32,550 bases of DNA from a virus (lineage: Duplodnaviria; Caudoviricetes): positions 1-32,550 of IMG/VR virus record IMGVR_UViG_3300037424_001532. One strand, written 5' to 3'. Positions 27,004 through 32,550 of this stretch are shown here, one piece after another. Every line of letters begins with the position of its first letter. The stretch's first letter is position 1. A program made the translations under genes and the position numbers. Below the pieces are notes generated by a model. That model was not told where the DNA came from, searched no databases, and saw only the letters and a list, made by a program, of their open reading frames with translations.

Positions 27004-27662
27004 TTATGTTTTTTTAATAATTCATTTATTATTGGTATATCATCTATTTCATCTACCTCATAATATGTGTATGGTGGTAATTCATAATAACCAATCCTAC
27101 CAGAAACCCTTACCCTGTTTTTTAAATAAATTTCTTTTTTTGTAATATAAAAAGCACCGTTTTCAATAAAATATCCACCATATTCTTGTCTTCTAGGTCT
27201 ATTTTTTATGTCATATAATGGCTCACAACAATCATCATTATTCAATTTCCATTGAAAATTATGTTGTCTTACCAAACTCAACAAACTATCATAATTACCT
27301 TTTTTATATTTTTTAATACAATTATTAATGTGTTCTTTTTTTAATAATGGCGATGTTGGTTGTATCAACACTAAATCCTGAAAATCATATTTACCAATAA
27401 ATTCATCAATTACAAATTCTGTTGGTGTGTTATCGGTTGATGTTTCATCACTTCTACCAATAACATTTACTTTAGATAATTTAAATGATTCTACAACATT
27501 GTTTATTTCTTTAGAGTCTGTAGAAACATATATTTTATCAATCATTGAATTATTTGCTGCATCTAACACCCACCAAATTAATGGCCTACCATTAACTTCA
27601 ACAATATTTTTTAATGGTATTGATTTAGAACCGCCCCTTGCTGGAATAATTGCACATATCAT
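27000..27662 (-). CDS. neuA: CMP-nonulosonic acid synthetase (acylneuraminate cytidylyltransferase)
   Basis: IPARGGSKSIPLKN, VSTD, QPTSPL, RPRRQ, ENGAFY and EVD motifs. Confidence 0.92.
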   Translation of the reverse strand: MICAIIPARGGSKSIPLKNIVEVNGRPLIWWVLDAANNSMIDKIYVSTDSKEINNVVESFKLSKVNVIGRSDETSTDNTPTEFVIDEFIGKYDFQDLVLIQPTSPLLKKEHINNCIKKYKKGNYDSLLSLVRQHNFQWKLNNDDCCEPLYDIKNRPRRQEYGGYFIENGAFYITKKEIYLKNRVRVSGRIGYYELPPYTYYEVDEIDDIPIINELLKKHK

Positions 27663-27668
27663 TTTTTT

Positions 27669-28493
27669 TTAAATTGTATTATTTTTTCTTAATTTATTTA
27701 TAATTGGTTTTTCGTCCTCATACACAATCTTTTTACCATCACCAATCATTTTTTCCATTATTCTAATACCTTCAGTTACCACATCAATATTTTGAATTGA
27801 CGCTGCTTGATCAGATCCATACATTGTCCTATCTAACGTTACATGAAATTCAATAACTTTTGCACCAAAAGCAACAGCACCATATGAAGCCAAGCCGCCC
27901 GAATAATGATTTGAAAAACCAACAATATGTTCGGGATATGCTTCTTTTAAAACTTTAATGTATGATAAATTAATATTCTCTGGTTTAGTTGGGTATGTGC
28001 TGGTACATGCTAATATAATTTTCAGATTATCTAAACAATCAACAGATTTCTGAATTTCATCTTCTGAACTCATTCCAGTTGATAAAATAACTGGTTTATT
28101 TGTTTTGTTTAGTTCCAACAAAAATTCTTTATCTGTTAATAATGCAGATGCAACTTTGTGGTAGTCAACATTTAGATTTTCCTCAACCAATTTAATACTA
28201 GGGATATCCCAACACGATACAATAAAATCCAACCCTTTATTTTTAGCATATTTTTCTAATATTTTATATTGATCAATAGAAAATTCTAAACCCTCTTTTT
28301 GTTCCCTATTAGTTGTACCCCAAGGACTTTCTCTATGTTTATCTAATTCTTCTTTAGTGTAAACAACATCAATTGTTCTTTTTTGAAATTTAACCGCATC
28401 ACACCCATTTTTGTGTGCTTCATCAATTAATTTTTTTGCGATATTAATGTCTCCATTGTGATTAATACCTATTTCTGCTATAATATATATCAT
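27669..28493 (-). CDS. neuB: NeuB-family nonulosonate synthase (no C-terminal AFP/SAF domain)
   Basis: IAEIGINHNG, DAVKFQKR, KVAS, LSTGM, STYP, GFSNH and EFHVTLDR.MYGSDQAAS motifs. Confidence 0.9.
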   Translation of the reverse strand: MIYIIAEIGINHNGDINIAKKLIDEAHKNGCDAVKFQKRTIDVVYTKEELDKHRESPWGTTNREQKEGLEFSIDQYKILEKYAKNKGLDFIVSCWDIPSIKLVEENLNVDYHKVASALLTDKEFLLELNKTNKPVILSTGMSSEDEIQKSVDCLDNLKIILACTSTYPTKPENINLSYIKVLKEAYPEHIVGFSNHYSGGLASYGAVAFGAKVIEFHVTLDRTMYGSDQAASIQNIDVVTEGIRIMEKMIGDGKKIVYEDEKPIINKLRKNNTI

Positions 28494-28503
28494 ATTTTTT
28501 TAT

Positions 28504-29169
28504 TTATTCTGTTTTTTCAAAAACCATTAAATTATTAAAAACGAAAGGCCATACAATCGGATAATCATTTCTTTTTGTATCTTTTGATGGTATCATTATT
28601 TCTCTCGTTTTATCTTCTAACCCTTCATTCTGCAACCAACCCTTATTTTTAAATTTATTTATCCAAAATGATTTTGGTTGACAATTAATATGTCCAGTAC
28701 CGCCTTGTCCAACTTGTGCAGCAGTTAAGAAAACATATTTATAAGATGATTTACATAAATTATCAACAAAAACATCACTTTTTGATGTTATAATATGTTC
28801 AGCAACTTCAATTGACGAAGCCAATTCAAATTTTTCGTTGACAAGAATAGGTTTAGAGACATCACCAAATTCAATATAGTTAATAAGATTAGGTACTTTT
28901 TTTATATGCTCAACACATTCATCATAACAATATTCATAACCCTGTATTTTACATCCTTGAGATTGATAATATTCTAAATAAGTACCAATTGAACAACCAA
29001 AATCAACCACAGATTTTGGTAATAATGTTTCATGAATTATTTTAGCTGCGTTTAAATTTTTTAATCTAAACACATCCCAATAATTTTTATGATATTTTTT
29101 TGTGTATAAACTTTTTATAAATTCATCAGTATATTTATCTTCATTAAAATTTTTAATATCTTTTCCCAT
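28504..29169 (-). CDS. Class I SAM-dependent methyltransferase
   Basis: VVDFGCSIG, SIEVAEHI and GQGGTGHINCQ motifs. Confidence 0.85.
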   Translation of the reverse strand: MGKDIKNFNEDKYTDEFIKSLYTKKYHKNYWDVFRLKNLNAAKIIHETLLPKSVVDFGCSIGTYLEYYQSQGCKIQGYEYCYDECVEHIKKVPNLINYIEFGDVSKPILVNEKFELASSIEVAEHIITSKSDVFVDNLCKSSYKYVFLTAAQVGQGGTGHINCQPKSFWINKFKNKGWLQNEGLEDKTREIMIPSKDTKRNDYPIVWPFVFNNLMVFEKTE

Positions 29170-29176
29170 AACTAAA

Positions 29177-29962
29177 TTATTTCCAAACCCAATTAGGATC
29201 TATTGGTTTAAGTTTAATATTATTTTCTGCTATAGCATCTTTATGCCATCTCATTCTTTGTTCAAAAGTACCTTTAACCGTTCCATTACCACGAAAAGAT
29301 TCAACTTGGGCATAGAACTTATTTTTTTCTCCACATATCCAAGTAGGTGAAATTTTACCATAATGTATCACATACCAATCTTCTGTTTTTACCTTATCCC
29401 CAATCAAATTTTTAGGTGCGGGGTGGAATGGGGATGTTCCACCTCTCTGTACAGCCATATTATAAGTATATGGGAATTTAGAGTTAAATTTAATGAATGG
29501 ATGTTTTCTCCAACTAGGATTTCCAAATGGGTCAAAATTTACAAATTTTCCGTCTTCACTCTTACCACTATCGCATCTATAATGATTTTCATCACCCCAC
29601 AGATTTATCATACGAACACTCCACGCTGTTTTTGTTTCATCAATATTATTTAAAAAACCCATAATTGATGGGGTTGGAATTTCATCTGCATCCAATAAAA
29701 CCACGTAATCTGGATTATGTGGTTTTATTATTTCAATTAATTCTAATCTTTGTTTTGCTTCAAAAATTGAAAGTGGGTTATGGGGTGGTCGCACATACCA
29801 TTCAACCTTATCATATGATCTTGCAATTTCTTCTGTCTTATCAGTACTCCCATCATCATATACAATAATTTTATCGGAAAAATTATTTAATGCATATAAT
29901 GTTTTATCAATAATCCAATCTTCATTTTTAGTAAGAATAGCACTTATTATGTTATGTTTCAT
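29177..29962 (-). CDS. GT2-family glycosyltransferase
   Basis: KNE, YDDGSTD, LDADE and HYG motifs. Confidence 0.85.
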   Translation of the reverse strand: MKHNIISAILTKNEDWIIDKTLYALNNFSDKIIVYDDGSTDKTEEIARSYDKVEWYVRPPHNPLSIFEAKQRLELIEIIKPHNPDYVVLLDADEIPTPSIMGFLNNIDETKTAWSVRMINLWGDENHYRCDSGKSEDGKFVNFDPFGNPSWRKHPFIKFNSKFPYTYNMAVQRGGTSPFHPAPKNLIGDKVKTEDWYVIHYGKISPTWICGEKNKFYAQVESFRGNGTVKGTFEQRMRWHKDAIAENNIKLKPIDPNWVWK

Positions 29963-29993
29963 TATTTTTCTTAATTTTATAATGTTTTTATTA

Positions 29994-30683
29994 TTACCAT
30001 ATACAAATTTTATTAATTGTTGGTGCTCCCCTTAAAAAGCCTCTATTATTCCCAACAAGCCAAGGATTTAAAGTTGAACCAATGTCCATATAAATATTAT
30101 TTTTATTATGTTTCCACATTTTTGCTGCCAACATATTACCTAAAGGACCTGCAGAAAATAAAAACAATTTATTTTTATAATCTTTTTTAGGTAAAATTTC
30201 TAATAAATCGAAATTATCCTTCCAAGCAGCACCTGTTATTTTTATATATTCTTCAACATCAAATGGTAGTTTACTGCTATTACCCTTTTCGGTTGCTATT
30301 AAAATAACATCATGATTGTTAAATTCAGGAATAAAATATTTTTTAAAATTATTGTAATTTCCATTAACAAAAATATTTGCCCAAGTTAAATTTTCTTTCT
30401 TAACTTTTACATTATCACGCATCCATATAACATGTTCCATTGGAACACAACATGGACATGAAATGCCTACATAATATCCGTCTTCATCAAATTGAAATGA
30501 TTTTAATAATTCTTTTTGATATTTTCCGTCTATTTTTGGATCAAAAGTCCATTTATCACAATTAGTTATTTTTTGATTTATCAAAATAGCATATTCACCA
30601 TCAGCATATTTACTAAAAGAAAATGGTTTACGCTCTTTTAATAAAGAATACAACATAAAAAAATCTTCTGTAAAACTTACCAT
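29994..30683 (-). CDS. GT-D-fold (DUF1792-like) glycosyltransferase candidate
   Basis: FSKYADGE, AGPLG and DIGS motifs, in a glycan gene context. Confidence 0.55.
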   Translation of the reverse strand: MVSFTEDFFMLYSLLKERKPFSFSKYADGEYAILINQKITNCDKWTFDPKIDGKYQKELLKSFQFDEDGYYVGISCPCCVPMEHVIWMRDNVKVKKENLTWANIFVNGNYNNFKKYFIPEFNNHDVILIATEKGNSSKLPFDVEEYIKITGAAWKDNFDLLEILPKKDYKNKLFLFSAGPLGNMLAAKMWKHNKNNIYMDIGSTLNPWLVGNNRGFLRGAPTINKICIW

Positions 30684-30688
30684 TTTTG

Positions 30689-31345
30689 TTATTTTATTTT
30701 AAAAATAATAAAATCACCGCCTTTATTCCACTTATCTTCTCTTCCGTTGGTGGTTTTAAAAACCTCAACAGCATCAAATATACTTAAAAATCTATCCACA
30801 AAATCATAATGAGTATAATCATCAATTAAAACATAAGAACCGTTTATTAAATGCTCTTTCAAATGTAAAAAACCTATGTTTCTACCATTACCGTTTGGTC
30901 CATCTAAAATAACTAGATTATAATTGTGTTTTAAATCTGATTGATTAATATCATAAAAACAATTTTTTTGTCTAGTAGATGGTTGACTATTTTTAATATT
31001 CATTCCTAACCTAATATATTTTTTTTCTTTAAACATCTTTTCATAATGATTATCAGAACATTCTAAAAGATTTTTAAGTTTTAAATCTAAAAAATCATAG
31101 GTTTTCTTTGGTTTATACATATGTTTTTTATCATTATCAAATGATAAAATATTGATGTTTTTTTTATTCATTAAACTTAATGAAACATCAACTAAAAAAT
31201 CGGTAGATTTTCCAGAACCAAATTCTATTATATTTAAATCATCACTTTTAAGTTCAGTAGTAATTATTTTATATAATTCTTGGAATGCTGGTTTAGATAA
31301 ACCCCAACCATTATTTTTATATTTATTATAATCCATTTTTAACAA
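30689..31345 (-). CDS. Class I SAM-dependent methyltransferase
   Basis: IIEFGSGKST, VILDGP and VLIDD motifs. Confidence 0.75.
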   Translation of the reverse strand: MLKMDYNKYKNNGWGLSKPAFQELYKIITTELKSDDLNIIEFGSGKSTDFLVDVSLSLMNKKNINILSFDNDKKHMYKPKKTYDFLDLKLKNLLECSDNHYEKMFKEKKYIRLGMNIKNSQPSTRQKNCFYDINQSDLKHNYNLVILDGPNGNGRNIGFLHLKEHLINGSYVLIDDYTHYDFVDRFLSIFDAVEVFKTTNGREDKWNKGGDFIIFKIK

Positions 31346-32375
31346 AATTTACACTTTTCATTTTTAAATACCTACGAACGTGTGGATTCAATTTAGAATC
31401 TTCATTACCATCATGAAATGCAAATGATTTATTTAATCTATATACTCTACCACCATAAAAACGTAATTTGTTTGAAACATTTAACCAAACTCTAGATGCG
31501 TCCATTTTTGACTGAATTGTAGTTTTTCCTATTGAATAATCAAAAGAACTAATAAAATTAATGTCATATAAAACTCCACCATCTAACGATTGATTATTAT
31601 CATCCTTTAAATTTTTCTTATATTTATTAGAAAATATTTTTGATTCAAATTCATAAATATGATATTGAAATGCCATATATTGACTATTTTTTTCTTTCAT
31701 TTCAAAAAAAACATCCATTATCTTATCAACAAAGTTATCACACAAAACAAAATCATCATCTACCTGACATAACGCGTGTGTTTTATAATCACCTACTTTT
31801 GACCATAAATTACTTACTGTTTTCCAATATTCTATTTTACCGCCATTTTCTTTATTTTCCAAATAAATAATTTCTGGAAACATTTCAGGTAATTTATCAT
31901 ATAATTTTTTATAAACAGTAGAACCATCATTCATTAAAAAAATTTTAAATGTATATTTTGTTTCTTGTTCAAATATTTGTCTTAAAATATTTCTTACTTT
32001 AATGTAACGATTATATGATGAAACACAAATTGCAACATCAAAATCAACAACTTCTTTTTTTATATAATCAGGAAAAAAATTGAAATTTGATGGTTCTTTC
32101 TTTTTATATTTTAAAGTATTTAAACCATCCGAATCTACTGATTTGTTTAACCTATTTTGAAATCTAGTTCCTTTACTTACTACCGTTTTAACATCTAAAA
32201 TGTATTCTGGTGATATTTTTCTAGCAATAACAACATTTTCTACTTTTCTATGTAATGCTGGTTGTTGTCTTGTCTTTTTTACTTGTTCTTTGGATGATGA
32301 ACTATCAAAAATATATTTATCATTTCCATTATCATTTAATCGTTTCTGTATTACTTTACGTATTATCCGCGCCAT
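31326..32375 (-). CDS. GT2-family glycosyltransferase with basic N-terminal extension
   Basis: SSYNR, MNDGST, QVDDD and FHDG motifs. Confidence 0.75.
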   Translation of the reverse strand: MARIIRKVIQKRLNDNGNDKYIFDSSSSKEQVKKTRQQPALHRKVENVVIARKISPEYILDVKTVVSKGTRFQNRLNKSVDSDGLNTLKYKKKEPSNFNFFPDYIKKEVVDFDVAICVSSYNRYIKVRNILRQIFEQETKYTFKIFLMNDGSTVYKKLYDKLPEMFPEIIYLENKENGGKIEYWKTVSNLWSKVGDYKTHALCQVDDDFVLCDNFVDKIMDVFFEMKEKNSQYMAFQYHIYEFESKIFSNKYKKNLKDDNNQSLDGGVLYDINFISSFDYSIGKTTIQSKMDASRVWLNVSNKLRFYGGRVYRLNKSFAFHDGNEDSKLNPHVRRYLKMKSVNFVKNGL

Positions 32376-32550
32376 TTAAAAGTAGTTTTGCTGTTTCTAT
32401 TATCGTTTCGTCATCTTCTAATAAATAGTTATTAAATTTGTGAATCTGCTTAACAAATTCTATTTTTTCCTCATACCTCCAATATGATCTAAATCACAAA
32501 AAGATTTTCTTTCGTCCATTATCCGGTAATAACTGGTTTCCAGCCATTTT
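32356..32550 (-). CDS. 3' end of an upstream gene, apparently frameshifted
   Basis: ...DLDHIGGMRKK* (TAG at 32460..32462) continues in the -1 frame as IEFVKQIHKFNNYLLEDDETIIETAKLLLNGADNT*, which overlaps the next start. Confidence 0.4.

Noticed and set aside
1-32550. Stop-codon reassignment (TAG or TGA read-through) as in some Bacteroidota phages
   Set aside because: Genes are full length in code 11 with high coding density; TAG ends the helicase and wecB, and TGA ends the recombinase at sensible positions
1-32550. tRNA or rRNA genes
   Set aside because: Intergenic spaces are short and AT-rich, and I saw no cloverleaf or T-loop signature by eye

Overview
This is an AT-rich segment of a large (jumbo-type) dsDNA phage genome, with essentially all genes on the minus strand and read in standard code 11. 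The host is probably Bacteroidota, because three promoters match TTG-N20-TAnnTTTG exactly. In order of transcription (right to left) it holds: (i) a glycan-modification cluster with GT2s, methyltransferases, a GT-D-like protein, NeuB, NeuA, a GT29-like sialyltransferase, a sulfotransferase-like protein and a UDP-GlcNAc 2-epimerase; (ii) small acidic putative head proteins, a free-standing PD-(D/E)XK endonuclease and a probable structural protein; (iii) a replication/recombination module with a gp32-like SSB, RecA/UvsX, a 5'-3' exonuclease, a hypothetical protein and a DnaB-like helicase carrying an Ala-starting class 3 LAGLIDADG intein; (iv) three fibre/adhesin-like virion proteins, two of them built from shuffled Cys-rich YadA-head-like modules with a sulfotransferase between them. 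The leftmost fibre gene (<1..4019) is missing from the ORF track because it runs off the window. Four copies of a ~50-bp hairpin element sit in intergenic spaces, each following TTTAT/TTTAC and three ending in TTCAC. They resemble minimal IS200/IS605 (TnpB)-end derivatives. A GTATTTATA late-promoter-like motif precedes the structural genes.
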